Positions 12,201 to 26,473 of a stretch of 64,000 nucleotides of DNA are shown here, piece by piece. The notes below the pieces were generated by a model. It was not told the origin of the DNA. It searched no databases and saw nothing but the letters and a program-made list of their open reading frames with translations. How positions within the stretch are numbered: the stretch's first letter is position 1; each line of letters opens with the position of its first letter. The position numbers and the translations under genes are program-made. This DNA comes from Eledone cirrhosa (taxonomy: Eukaryota). The DNA lies in contig OZ024740.1 in assembly GCA_964016885.1 (NCBI GenBank), positions 401,636,001 through 401,700,000 of the forward strand, given 5' to 3'.

Positions 12201-13282
12201 CCTTCAAAATTATAGGATACGTTGCTTATCTAGGTATGGCCAGTACCATAAAATCATTAGAGTTACATTTCAATCCTCAAACATCTGCCTGAATTGAAGG
12301 ACTTAGTTCGTTCCTAATCCGAGTATATTCTTTTAAATATGTTATTTGACGACAAGCCGAGTCTAATCAATTCTAAAATTTGTTTTGTAAAATAAACGTC
12401 TTTGTTCATTGCCTGGGAGAATAAGATTTGATTTGATTTTAATGATTATAAAGGGAATACAATATCCATAGACCGGAGACCTAACATGAATATTGCGAAA
12501 GATTGGACATCGCATGAAGCAGCCATGTGTTATGGGGATGGTACTGGAAACTGAGTGGCGTATTAATTTCAGTAACAAAATTTAGGCCCGTCTCTTTATG
12601 AATTTTCTCTTTTTATCCTGCGACAGGTTCGATTATTTAAATATTGGTTAAATAGCAAGAAGTTTTAAACAACTCTACTTTGACAACATGGTTATGATAA
12701 TGTACCTATGATACTTAGAATAATATGGAACGTATTTCTAGCTGCTCATCATATACATGTAATGGCTATATAATTAAGAATTTACTTTACAATCGTCGTG
12801 TATTTGATTCAATGTCACTTAGAAATTAGCGGTAACTTGGAATTGGGTAGCTAGTCGTTTTATAAAAGCTCATTGCGCCAAGACATTGAGGTCACCATAG
12901 AGGCAATGCAAAAGTATTTGGGCAATTTAAGAATCAAAGAAGTCGTTATTATCTTCAAGAGTAAAGCAACAGATAATTAATGGATTGTAAATGTAGGAAG
13001 CAAGTTGGTTACTGTAACGATTTCAAGCATGCATAATCCAGACGCAGGCCATTTACGGAAGAACACAACGATCGTTTGTTTTTGTTCTCAACCGTTTCTT
13101 CTTGCCATTTGAAAATAGAGTATAAGCCTTACAATATCATGTTGAAATATACTGGGTAAAACAGTATTTGTTTTGTTTTAGTTGTCATCTTTTGTATATC
13201 TCTACCTGTATTGTACCGGCTCTTTGAAACTTATTGGTCTTTAGTACATATCCCACAATGCTTCGTATTAACTACAGTACTT

Positions 13283-13391
<109 letters not shown>

Positions 13392-13414
13392 TGTGGCCAC
13401 AACTGAGATATTTA

Positions 13415-13610
13415 TTATAAATTGGTTGGTTTATTAACCGGATGGTTGTTTATTTATTGTCAAAGCTCTTTCGTCACATATTATGTGACCTCCTCAGTGA
13501 CTAATTTGTTATTTGTTTCTCTCTTTTGTTCTCTCCTACACCATCTTGAATTTTGTGTGTGTTGTGCTTAAGTGTGCGTTTGTTTGAGGACACGGGTCCT
13601 AGATGTTAGT
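13415..13610 (-). mobile_element. Solo pLTR fragment of the Neptune-like PLE
   Basis: Homologous to 31775-31975. Confidence 0.7.
13459..13501 (-). ncRNA. Minimal hammerhead, family E
   Basis: gtca CTGAGGA g gtcacat-aat-atgtgac GAAA gagc TT tgac; one extra nt after A9, CUU site. Confidence 0.7.
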
Positions 13611-13716
13611 GTGTATGGATATATACGCACTTACGCACATTAAGCACAAACACATACACACATCTCTTTCTCCCTCACACACACATACACTCTCTCCCCC
13701 TCTCACTCTCTATCTA

Positions 13717-13761
<45 letters not shown>

Positions 13762-14393
13762 GTGGGGGGGGGGGGGGATGTATGTATGCATGCGTGTGTG
13801 CATGAGCGTTTGCGCGCGTATATACCAATATACATCTCCATGCTGCAAACATAAAAGTAAGTTTTTTAAACGATGTCATATTTATATGAAATAAATCTTC
13901 CACTCAGAAGGGCATACCCACTTAAATTGCCGACAGAGACCACCACCAGACTTCTTAGATTCTCTTTCGTCTCCCCTACATTTATAAAGCTATACTAACA
14001 CATGTATTCACTCATGTATTGCAAAATGACATTTTCTTATTCTACTGATTGATTATTCTATTCTGACTGCTCAGCTTAACTCCCCTTAAGAAGTATTTTG
14101 CTACTTATTCACTTAATATCCGCCTACCCATTCTGTTTATCTAGAATACATTAAATGATAGAATGAACTCGGTGTCTTTCATGTCAGCTTCATTATAATT
14201 TGGTTTCTTAAGGATCTGACCGTGTACATCTTAAAGCGTGTGATTGTGTGTGTGTTTTGGTGGGATATGTACAGGTGAGCACACAGATACACACATATAC
14301 ACGCACACACATACAGCACACATATGCACGCACACACATACAGCACACATATACACACATATACACGCACACACATACACGCGCGCACACACG

Positions 14394-14463
<70 letters not shown>

Positions 14464-14831
14464 ATGACACACGAATTCATTTAGACCAATATGTATCTTT
14501 TATGTGTGAATAGTGATTTATAAACGATGGAAATCCATTATGACAATTATGTATATTTGTGATGGTCCAGGAATCCTTATGTTGTGCTAAACTTTGAAAC
14601 TGCCGACAGATTTTTAAGTCCTTTACTTATGTGTTACATTGAAGTCGTTATTCAGCTAAGCCTACCAACATGCTGGGATGTGTAAGCGATCTGGTGAGAT
14701 CTGATAATTCTTATTCCTTTAGCTCAATGGTTAGCACTGAATGAAAGAATGAAACTGTGTTCGATTCTCTGTAGCGGCTGCTGGCCACAGTTATAGCCAA
14801 TTTCTACGTTTGCTATACCTATATTTTCCAA

Positions 14832-14866
<35 letters not shown>

Positions 14867-14989
14867 GGAGGTGAGTTTTCTTGTAGTACAACAAAGCAAT
14901 GCAGATATCGGATAAGAAGCACTCTACAGTTTGTAGGACTGGAGTATACATAATATATAAGATCAAAAGATGGTTAAAAGAGTTCCATG

Positions 14990-15054
14990 TATTTTATTAT
15001 GCCCATTTCAAAAACAAATATGCAATAACATTTGTGTTTTCATCAGATAAAATA
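14990..15054 (-). ncRNA. Type-I hammerhead ribozyme in pLTR (family B)
   Basis: tattttat CTGATGA aaacacaaatg..tatttgttttt GAAA tgggca TA ataaaata. Confidence 0.8.
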
Positions 15055-15266
15055 GGAAGACATGATATGAAGGTTAAAAAACACTTGTGAATAGTGCAGT
15101 TTTAAATCAACACATGAAAAGCAATTTTAGATTGATGTGTGATATTGGGAAAAAAATTTTTTGAGGGGGTTGGAGGTTGGAAAGGCTGAAAAAGAGGAGG
15201 AGATGAGAGTAAAAAGTGGAGGGGGAGGAGTATAATGAGGAAGGATGATATAGGAGGAGAGATGGG

Positions 15267-15304
<38 letters not shown>

Positions 15305-16035
15305 CTTTTATAACTGAGAAAAAAAAATATTGTTTTACATAGAGAGGTTGAAAAACCGTTGGAAGAAATATATAAATTAAAAGAATTTGAAAATTAACGA
15401 AGAGAAAAATAATGTTAAGTTAAGGTTTGTATATTGAAGGGTTTAATAATATGTGCGATGAAAAGAAATTGTTAATATGTATTAAGAATAATATTTAAGG
15501 GTTTAATAATATGTGCGATGGAAAGAAAATGTTAATATGTATTAAGAATAATATTAATATGTATTAAGAATAATATTTAAAGGTTTAATAATATGTGCGA
15601 TGGAAAGAAAATGTTGATATGTATTATTAAAAATAATAGTAATGTAAGTAAGGATATATTAGATGAGCATGAAAGGGAGAAAAAAATAATGAATTGAGGA
15701 TGAATAATCTAACGTCAAAAAAATGTTATGTTTACGAAGGATTTTTTAAGGTGAGATAAAGTAAGAATATATTGTACTGTGTAATAATTGTTTCTATGTT
15801 AGGCACAATGAGAAAAGGTACAAATTAGAGGTTAGAATTTAAAAGAAAGAGAAAAGAAAAGGAAAAGGAAGAAAGGGAAGTGTTAAATAGGAGTGATATA
15901 GAAAGAGTAACTAGTATTATATAATGTATAATAAATAACTTTGAAATAAGGTAGAAAGATGGGTATATTTTTAAAGAAGTATATATATATATGTGCCTTT
16001 GAGAAAAGGATTTTAAATTGATAAAGTATTAGATA

Positions 16036-16656
16036 TTAGCTGTATACTTTATGGAATGTTCTGTGGAATTTATGCAAGCAGAGAGAAAACAAGTCAGTGC
16101 ATCTATTTATTATAGAATCTAAATTAGATATAATGGTAAATTTTTCATTTAAACAGAGATTGCAAGTCTTGGATGTTCAAGTATGGAGAAGCAGAAGAAA
16201 CCTTTTTCCAAGAGATGTTATATTTAATATTTTTGTCTTTCAAGGACCATATGAGTTCTGAGAGTGCCGTGTTGGTTCTTTTAAGTTGGTATTTAAAAGA
16301 CGAATGATGATTATAAAGACGAGCTTTAAAGGAGGTGGAAGTGAAGCCAAAATAGGTGAAGGAATTGGTGTCAGTTATAACTTTACATTCGTAGATTACG
16401 TTTTTTTTAAGACAATGGTTGTTGAGAGGACATTTATTTTTAACAGGGCAATTGCAATTGCGATTAGAGAGATTAGCAGAGTTATTAACGAGTGACCTAG
16501 TGTTATCTATAGAAGGAATTGGATTAGAGAAGTTATTTACGATAGGAATAATAGTTTCTTTATTTAGAATGGGATTAAGAACATTTAGCGAAGTTGTGTT
16601 TGACGTTGTATTTGGGTTTGCAGAAATTAGCCTAGAGTTTACAATGACGTCGGGAG
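16036..16656 (-). pseudogene. PLE linker plus GIY-YIG endonuclease (no ATG, so missing from the ORF track)
   Basis: Hand translation: CNCPVKNKCPLNNHCLKKNVIYECKV..FTYFGFTSTSFKARLYNHHSSF..TALSELIWSLKDKNIKYNISW..PY, frameshift, SKTCNLCLNEKFTII..CLHK; CxCx5C motif as in Naiad PLEs. Confidence 0.9.
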
Positions 16657-16658
16657 TA

Positions 16659-16907
16659 TTAAAAGAACCAACACGGCACTCTCAGAACTCACATGGTCCT
16701 TGAAAGACAAGAATATTAAATATAACATCTCTTGGAAAAAGGTTTCTTCTGCTTCTCCATACTTGAACATCCAAGACTTGCAATCTCTGTTTAAATGAAA
16801 AATTTACCATTATATCTAATTTAGATTCTATAATAAATAGACGCACTGACTTGTTTTCGCTCTGCTTGCATAAATTCCACAGAACATTCCATAAAGTATA
16901 CAGCTAA
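16659..16907 (+). pseudogene. Inverted duplicate of the GIY-YIG C-terminus
   Basis: Mirror of 16036-16284 carrying the same frameshift. Confidence 0.85.
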
Positions 16908-17896
16908 TATCTAATACTTTATCAATTTAAAATCCTTTTCTCAAAGGCACATATATATATATATACTTCTTTAAAAATATACCCATATTTCTACCTTATT
17001 TCAAAGTTATTTATTATACATTATATAATACTAGTTACTCTTTCTATATCACTCCTATTTATCACTTCCCTTTCTTCCTTTTCCTTTTCTTTTCTCTTTC
17101 TTTTAATTTCTAACCCCTTATCTGTACCTTTTTCTCATTGTGCCTAACATAGAAACAATTATTACACAGTACAATATATTCTTACTTTATCTCACCTTAA
17201 AAAAATCCTTCGTAAACATAAACAATTTTTTGACGTTAGATTATTCATCCTCAATTCATTATTTTTTTCTCCCTTTCATGCTCATCTAATATATCCTTAC
17301 TTACATTACTATTATTTTTAATAAAATATATCAACATTTTCTTTCCATCGCACATATTATTAAACCCTTAAATATTATTCTTAATACATATTAATATTAT
17401 TCTTAATACATATTAATATTATTCTTAATACATATTAACATTTTCTTTCCATCGCACATATTATTAAACCCTTAAATATTATCCTTAATACATATTAACA
17501 ATTTCTTTTCATCGCACATATTATTAAACCCTTCAATATACAAACCTTAACTTAACATTATTTTTCTCTTCGTTAATTTTCAAATTCTTTTAATTTATAT
17601 ATCATCTTCCAACGCTTTTCAACCTCTCTATGTAAAACAATATTTTTTTTTTCTCAGTTATAAAAGCTATCTCTGTCTCTCTATCACCAATCTCTCCTCC
17701 TATCTCATCCTTCTTCATTATACTCCTCCCCCTCTACTTTTTACTCTCATCTCCTCCTCTTTTTCATCCTTTCCAACCTCCCCACCCCTCACCATTTTTT
17801 TCCCCAATATCACACATCAATCTAAAACTACTTTTCATATGTTGATTTAAAAGTGCACTATCCACAAGTGTTTTTTAACTTTCATATCATGTCTTC

Positions 17897-17969
17897 CTAT
17901 TTTATCTGATGAAAACACAAATATTATTGCATGATGATATTTGTTTTTGAAATGCGCATAATAAAATAG
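17897..17969 (+). ncRNA. Type-I hammerhead ribozyme in inverted pLTR (family B)
   Basis: ctattttat CTGATGA aaacacaaatat..atatttgttttt GAAA tgcgca TA ataaaatag; 9-bp stem I, palindromic stem III ATGCGCAT. Confidence 0.9.
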
Positions 17970-17996
17970 ATGGAACTCTTTTAACCATCTTTTGAT

Positions 17997-18057
<61 letters not shown>

Positions 18058-18225
18058 GTATGTATATACTCTTCTACCTGGAGTTGCGACCGATAGATAG
18101 TATTAGCAATTGGAAAGACCAATGGGAACATTGTTTCCTCGGGGTCCGATTTGACAAAAGTCGATCGGTCCTTTATATATATATATATATATATATACAC
18201 ATACATACATATATGTATATATATA

Positions 18226-18275
<50 letters not shown>

Positions 18276-18327
18276 CATACATACACACACATACATACAC
18301 ACATATATGTATATATATATTTATATT

Positions 18328-18362
<35 letters not shown>

Positions 18363-18364
18363 GT

Positions 18365-18704
<340 letters not shown>

Positions 18705-18774
18705 TATATATATATACATCTATGCATATGTATATATGTATATACATGTATGCATGTGTATTTACATGCGCGGA

Positions 18775-19103
18775 GACAGAAATATTCGGGCTGGATACCC
18801 GATCGTGCGGTTTAACAACTGGGAGTGAACAACCCCAGCCTTTGTCGGGGTATCCTTCTAGGAGAAGGCAACTCAGGAAACTGGGATAACTCCGACATAA
18901 AATCTGCGGCTCAGTAGTTACCGATGATAAAGATCTTTTCTTCTTTTCTGGTTATATCTACTGTCGCTCAGAGAGTGGGATTGGCTCAGTGCACAGTTTT
19001 TCGTCACTTTAGAAAAAATCTTCACGCACAGGCATTACTCGATAGCGTTAATTGATAATTATTAATAATGTTATGGCCGTACTCGTTAACGAGGGGGCAG
19101 CCA
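18775..19103 (+). mobile_element. Non-autonomous RTE-derived element (short variant)
   Basis: tctaggagaagg..aactc motif and terminal ggccgtactcg..aacga..ggcagcca shared with 39111-39717. Confidence 0.55.
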
Positions 19104-19902
19104 GCATGTATGTATAGACCAGATTGGAGGCGGTAAAAATCAATTAGACCATTACACACTAGAGTAATCGATACTTGGGGTAGTAGAATGGAATGTCGTG
19201 CGTGGGTAACATAGAGTATACAGACATTTTAGATTTAAAGTACCTGCCTTATTTTGTTATTCACCAAAAAGCAGTAAGTCTGTTGATACACCATTTCGCA
19301 ACAGTTCATTTTGAATAGATGTAACATATAGATGAAACAGAACTATGCTTACCGAAAGGAATTGAATTTGATTTCCATCCTACCTAAATCTGTTTCTCTT
19401 TCTTTCCTGATTCTAGTATATGCTAACTGCAAACTATCTTCCGTTTCTAATAAGGAAATAAGGAGTGTTATCCATTTTTGCAAAACAAGTTTGTAATCGC
19501 TTAAGTAATCGTAGATGAATAAAATATCTTAATAGTGATGATATTCTAGTACAAAATTAGTTAGTACAAACAGCGAATTTTATTTTCAATCTACTTAGAT
19601 AGAATACTTTTAAGGAAAGATCCATTACTAAAACCTGTCTTAATGAATCATATGATTTATAAACAGAAACATGTAAGAATGTTATAACATGTTCTTACAT
19701 GTTTCATGTATAAACAGAAACATGTAAGAACGTTAAATGAAATCGTACTAATTAGAATCATTCGATATTAAATTCTATAAAACATCGCAATTCTTGAAGC
19801 AAATATAATTTCTATTCACAAAACAATGAGTATTTGACAAACATGTTCTGTCTAATGTACTAAATAATAATTCATACAATAATTATATTAATAATAAGAT
19901 AA

Positions 19903-22104
19903 TCATATGAAGGAAAACAGTTTTCTGCGTCGAGGTTTTTAGACTTGATTCCGGGGATTTCTACACTGTTGATTTTGAAAATACCATGCATTTTGTACCA
20001 GCAGCTCTAGCTTTCAAGATATTGCTTACGTTGTTACTTACTTTATAACCATTTGGGAACGGTATTGTAAGTTGGCCGTAAATCCAAATGTATCTATATC
20101 ATTAAATTGTAGCTATAATTTTGATGATGTTGCTGAGTTGAACATCTACTAAGAGGAATTATTTCCTGCTAAAAGTATTGACATCATGATGTTTATTTTA
20201 TAATCAACATGATGTACATTTTCTTCCCTTATTTGCCGAGAGAACACATTCATTGAAAAAATGGAAACCTATTACTGATTTTATGAAAATGGCTTATTTT
20301 GCCTATTTCAAAGTACAAGGAGACCCAAATAAGCTATGGCTTCCTCATTTTGTGTAAAATATGTTCAGAGCATATAGACAATGGATCAACGGAATAAGGA
20401 CATGTCTGGGAATTGGTATACCAGTGGTAGGAAGTGAATATTAAAACTACTGTGATGACCGTTATTTTATTTCGTGAATATAAAGGACATCAATGGGCGT
20501 AACTGGAGCAAACGGGCGTATTCTAACATAGATCCAATCAGACGACCTGTTACATATTGAGATGAAATACATATTCCATCATTCAATGATCTTTCAGGAC
20601 TCCCTTAAGACGACGAATTAACTCGTGACAAAGAAAGCATTTGAGAGAAAACTGACAGTGTTTTCAAAGGACCATCATTAAATGACGAACTTTTTAGTAA
20701 CATGAATTGAATGATCAAATATGAGACTTATATACTTCGAAGATTTCTTCTGAATCTTTTGCTACTCGGCTACGAGAAATCACTTTTCTGTTGTCGGGAA
20801 CCAAAATCCTATTATAACGTGATACAGAAAGGGATTTCCGCCTCTTCTAAAAATGAGAATCATTTTGTTTTCTGCAACCGTGAGCAAGTATTACTGATGT
20901 AACTAGGCTGTCAAGATACACACCAAATGAATGCTGGTTATTCATAAATAGCTCCAAACGTAGCCAAATATCTGCTCTCCTACACACAATAGCAAGATTT
21001 AGATCAATCCCAATTGGTCACTCAATTAGTTTTAGTGAAGAGCATAGGTTAGTCAACACTATTCCTAGAAAGGATATTGTACCGTGACAACGAATGGTTG
21101 CCCAGTGTAAATGTGAAGATGGAGAATTTTCTGGGTCAGCAGAGTGAGTACACCAAGTATTCAGGCTTTATATGTATCGGTGTAAGTAAAGCAAAATATG
21201 AACACTGAGTGAGAAAACAATGGCCTCTAAGAGGAAACATTGTGGTTGGAGAAAATAATATCATCAACGACATTTCATTAACAAAGAAAAGATCCTATTG
21301 CCATAACTGCACATCAAAGTTGGTTTAATGAAACAATTTATATAGGCTCTTAGCAGAGGCGAGGTATGCTGTGGTTACATATGTAGAACATTTCTGCGCT
21401 GATCATGGTAAAGCTGTAGGCAGAGATTTTTGAGGGACAGCAAATCCGGGAACTCAAGATGGACCTGCGTTTCCAAGATACAATTGACATGCTTGGTCAT
21501 CGTTTAGTATGGTTGGACACTATAGGGGCGATAACTATTGTGAACTTGTGGATAATATCATCTCTTCATTTTGTAACTGCATTATATCCACAATCATTTA
21601 AATAGTTTCTCACATAAGCTCGGTAACACAAACAAGGAATAGAGTGAACGATTTCACCAAGAACTAAGGAACAATAATGAACGGGACAGTGTACGATCGG
21701 ATACTTATATGATGGAAGATTGCTGCTGGAGCATCCAACGTGAATGTCGAGGCACATCTTAAAGATTAAAACAACGTGTTTTATGTAAGATGTTTCATTG
21801 ACAACATGATGTATTCCTCTTGTTTGTGCCTCAGATATGTTTAAATATTTTTCTACCGTATCTTTGTTTGGAGTTAATGCACTATTTATCTTGATATTCT
21901 TAATAATTTAGTACACATTTGACTACTACAGTAATTGTCAGTGAGTAATTATATAATATTATATAAATAATATGTAGAGATATATAGACAGATATCATAT
22001 TTTGATGAAAATAGCTGTTGGAGTAAAGCCAATATCATTTTTAGAATCAATATGCGCAGAAAGAGGTCTAAAATCTAAGACAACAAAAGTTGTGTTCACA
22101 AGTG
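19903..22104 (+). mobile_element. Degenerate Chapaev3-like (CMC) DNA transposon
   Basis: Right end ..gttcacaaGTG|TTA; ~90-bp imperfect TIR similarity to 19920-20006; transposase remnants inside. Confidence 0.7.
20200..21760 (+). pseudogene. Chapaev3-type transposase pseudogene
   Basis: Fragments ITDFMKMAYFAYF, LWLPHFV, GIGIPVV, LGQQSEYTKY, LLP*LHIKVGLMKQF, EIFEGQQIREL, RFHQEL, MMEDCCWSIQR; many stops and frameshifts. Confidence 0.75.
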
Positions 22105-22821
22105 TTATCTAAATTAATTTACTATTAATGTAAATTTGAACTATTCTTAGTACTATTTCGCATTTAAATAAATATTACTGACGAGAAAATGTAATGAGAT
22201 TTGTCATCTTTTATAGCGGGGTATTAAAAAAACATAGGTAGATGCTGGCTTAGTATCATAGGAAAAAAGCTCTGAAAAGAAAATCGCGTTATAATGTGAT
22301 CTTCACAGTTAATTTAGATAATTCATTACACTTCCATTTGCTGAGCTATTTCTATCCCTTTCAGATATCGGCGTTAAATGAACACATTCTTACAGGCGTA
22401 AAGGAGAACTTGTGCTGTTTTTAAACTATTCTCATTCGGGGAAAAAAGTGACGTCGGTAGGTCTCGAAACCTTATCCCATTTCATCATACCGTTGGACAC
22501 TTGAAAAGTTGTTACGAAGGTGGCTAAAGTTTCTCATCTACTTCTATTTTGATATCAGAATTGTGCCTGTCCCAGACAGACTACCACACAACGCTAACAT
22601 TCTCTGTCTACACACTTTCTTTTTACATACAATAGGTTGGCCGTTGACAATCCTCATTTCTTCTGGCCCTTGAATGGTTCTGTTCTTCATCCCGCAGGGT
22701 ATCTAAAATCACTCTCCTCACCAAGCAAGCTTGTAACCAATGACATGTACTTGCTTACATGTCACCAGTAGCGCTCATCAAGGGCAGCCTGACACACACA
22801 CTCACACGCACGTACACACAA

Positions 22822-22853
<32 letters not shown>

Positions 22854-22862
22854 ACACACACA

Positions 22863-22950
<88 letters not shown>

Positions 22951-23118
22951 GAGACTTCATTCGGCTAACGAGTTGGGTGGAGCTCAATGTTTCCATTTGT
23001 ATTTCCAATTACTAATACTATCTTTCTATAACTTCTTCTTGCAAATCCAGGCAGAAGGGGCAGCGTGAACTAAAGTGTCTTGCTCAAATACATATATATA
23101 TATATATATATATAGACG

Positions 23119-23205
<87 letters not shown>

Positions 23206-23879
23206 TAATATATATATATATACATATATATATATATTACAGAGAGAGAGAGAGGGACATAGATTAATTGATTGGCAGATACATATATTTGATCAGTAAA
23301 TTACCAATTCCACCACTTTAATTGTAATCGTAGAACAGCTCGTATGCCTACACCAATGTTAAAATATAACGAGGTGATTAGCGAGAAGCTAAAAATGGGG
23401 TGAGCATGAGCATCTGTATTATTCAACAATTACATTTTTGACATGAGAAATAGCCTTGATTGAGATAGTAGAAAAGGAAACATTTTCCATAATCAAACCT
23501 AATGGTATCTGGCGATACAGAGGAGATATGAAAAATAAGATTATCTGGAAAATGCATAACAAATATAGGGAGGAATTTATTCACAGAGCTTTTATACGGT
23601 AGCTATAGCTACATTTGTCCCTTTAAGCCTTATTCTAGTAGATTTATATTAAAAGAATATTCCCCATGGCCTAAGAGGGAGAATATAATGAACATATAGT
23701 TTGACCGTTTTGCAGGTGTACATCGTAACAATGAAATTACACTGTATGTTTTGTGATATTTTAACTTGCACAATATCTATTTTAATTTTAACCCCATCAT
23801 TCTATGCATATAAGAACATCTTGAAGTACAAAGCACAGAACCAATTGAAACATTTATATTAAACGTACGTAGATTCTAA

Positions 23880-24400
23880 GCTGAATAGGACACACAGCTT
23901 TATTCGTTTTGATTGGCACCCAAATCTACTGTGAGCATCGTCGCTTATGTCCACCATGAATTCTCTAGAAGTAGAAGGTCGGACGTTTAATCTGCCACGT
24001 TGATCGAACTGTATATGATTATGAGCAGCTGGAAATAATCCTTCACAATGCCACACTCCCAGGCTTGATCAACAAATGAAAAATAGCTGTAGATCTATCA
24101 ATGAGACAAATTGTAGAAAAAATACCTGCCAAAATTTTCGACCGAATTTGCTCTCCTTCCCTGAGATTTAACGAATGCCGTCGGCTCAGTACATCCATGC
24201 TCAATTCAGATAAACTCGAATCCGCCATTTATATTCGTGCGCCAAATAAGTTCTTACTAGCAGAATGCATATGTTACACATTACATGAAAGTGTTGATGC
24301 GGACTACAGCAAAAGATACTTGTCAATGATAATTTATTACCAAGAGTATGCTGCCACTTCTTTCCAATTTTTCCGTGATAGTTCTTTTTGTTTGTTTGTT
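23880..24400 (-). pseudogene. Possible very old hAT transposase fragment
   Basis: Only the HSLNL motif (ORF 24043-24228) in plausible context. Confidence 0.3.
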
Positions 24401-24853
24401 TTTCGAAATCAAATTATAGGTGCAATAGTAATTCTATTACTGAAAAGTTGCGCTTAGAGATACAAATCAAGTTAAAGCACATGAAACAGGTTATCTGTTC
24501 AGAAGAATAACAGGTTGGTATTCTGTAACTCATCTATTTATATGCTTTTAATATTAGAAAATGTACAACGAGAAAATATGTTTCGAAGTTAAACTAAAAT
24601 ATCCAAATACCTTTCTCTTTAAAGACGCATCCATAGAATAATTTACATTTTATATGAAATATTTATTAACATATTAATTTTTGTATGAAGTATAGACTGA
24701 ATTTTGGTAAATTATAATCGACAAGAAAAATATAATGTATAAAAAATGGATCAAGATTTAAAGGGAACAAATCGCAATGAAGAGTAAATTTGGTGGTCAG
24801 TATGAAATATAAAATAAGGGTTATTAACATACCTGCATGAGAGAATGCACGTA

Positions 24854-24956
<103 letters not shown>

Positions 24957-24969
24957 ACACGCACACACG

Positions 24970-25039
<70 letters not shown>

Positions 25040-25496
25040 AGAGTATTGAAGTTTGCTTGAAGCATTGTGGAACAATAAGTAAATATCTTTAAGTCGTTTG
25101 GAAGCCTCGACAATGCAAATGGGTAAATCTCCGGGTAACAAGGTCCGGTGGTGGAGAGAGAGATGAAAGTGGGTGTACGTTGAGATGCGTGGTGTGTATA
25201 AGATGTGTGAGATGTGTAGAATGAAGGGAAGAGTATAAAGGATAAAAATAAAAATAACAACACAAGAGAGAGTTACCTTGGCAGAGATTTAATAGTCCCT
25301 ATATATTTCGGATTCACATCCATCAACTGGGGGGTTTTTCCGGGGTGGGGGAAAAGGTTGTCTGTCGGACAAGTCCGGAACGCGTCTTTCGCTGTTTGTA
25401 GTTTTGAATATTTTCAAAATAAAGATATTTACATATATATATATATATATAGTGATGAAACATAAGTCAATTGCATGAACTCATAATCCTTTATTT

Positions 25497-25552
25497 ACTG
25501 CTATATATATTTCGATGATAGCCATTGAATGGCTATGAACTCACGAGGCAGT
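25497..25552 (-). ncRNA. Decayed hammerhead, family G
   Basis: actgc CTCGTGA g..atagccat..atggctat..c GAAA tatata TA gcagt; stems intact, core mutated. Confidence 0.5.
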
Positions 25553-25656
25553 TAGTCAGTTCTTAGATATGCCAGCTCTGTGTTTATGGTGTTGATGGTA
25601 TCAGAGCCTCGGGACATATATATATATATATTTTTATTTTTTTATTTTATAGAAGG

Positions 25657-25707
25657 AGCTTCTACAAGACTAGTACTATTTCATTCAGATGAAATCTTCA
25701 GGAAGCT
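25657..25707 (-). ncRNA. Type-I hammerhead, family C
   Basis: As 8596-8646 but two C>T changes in stem III, both giving G-U pairs. Confidence 0.75.
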
Positions 25708-25776
25708 GGGTGTCATATTAAGTTCTGGTATTACCACTACCTAAATGTATAAATACCAGAACTTAATATGACACCC

Positions 25777-25827
25777 AGCTTCCTGAAGATTTCATCTGAA
25801 TGAAACAGTACTAGTCCTGTAGAAGCT
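25777..25827 (+). ncRNA. Type-I hammerhead, family C
   Basis: agcttc CTGAAGA tttcatctgaat GAAA cagtactagtcctg TA gaagct. Confidence 0.85.
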
Positions 25828-25912
25828 CCTTCTATAAAATAAAAACATTTACTCTGCCATGTATTGAGTACCTTACTTACTGTGGTTATCCCCGACTCAA
25901 TCCAGGACCTAC

Positions 25913-26103
<191 letters not shown>

Positions 26104-26441
26104 TACGTATAGTGTTGAAGAATGAGAGAGAAGAATACCAGAGTACTCAATACCAGAGTAGCGTTTTAATTTTTATTTTATTAAGACTAAATAGTGAGTT
26201 GTCTAACTTTGGAGTTTCATCTGTTTATCACTGGTCATTAGGTAAGAACTGTTGTTAATAAATTGAATATATATATATGTGTGTGTAAGTGTGTGTGCGT
26301 GTGTGTCTGTTTGTGTATGTGTTTATGTCTACGAATATATGTATATATATATATATACAAATAAATACTAATACAAAGACACAACATATATATGCATATG
26401 TAAATATATACACATACAAAAATACACACACGCACACAAAC

Positions 26442-26473
<32 letters not shown>

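Larger units (their letters stand above)
14862..18004 (-). mobile_element. 5'-truncated Naiad-like Penelope-like retrotransposon with 1.33-kb inverted pLTR
   Basis: Arms 14954-16284 and 16659-18004, spacer ~374 bp, unpaired ~90-nt tail 14862-14953, (TA)n both sides, GIY-YIG remnant, HHR in each arm. Confidence 0.9.

Noticed and set aside
12600-12900. Possible hAT transposase remnant (GYDN)
   Set aside because: A single short motif with no supporting frame
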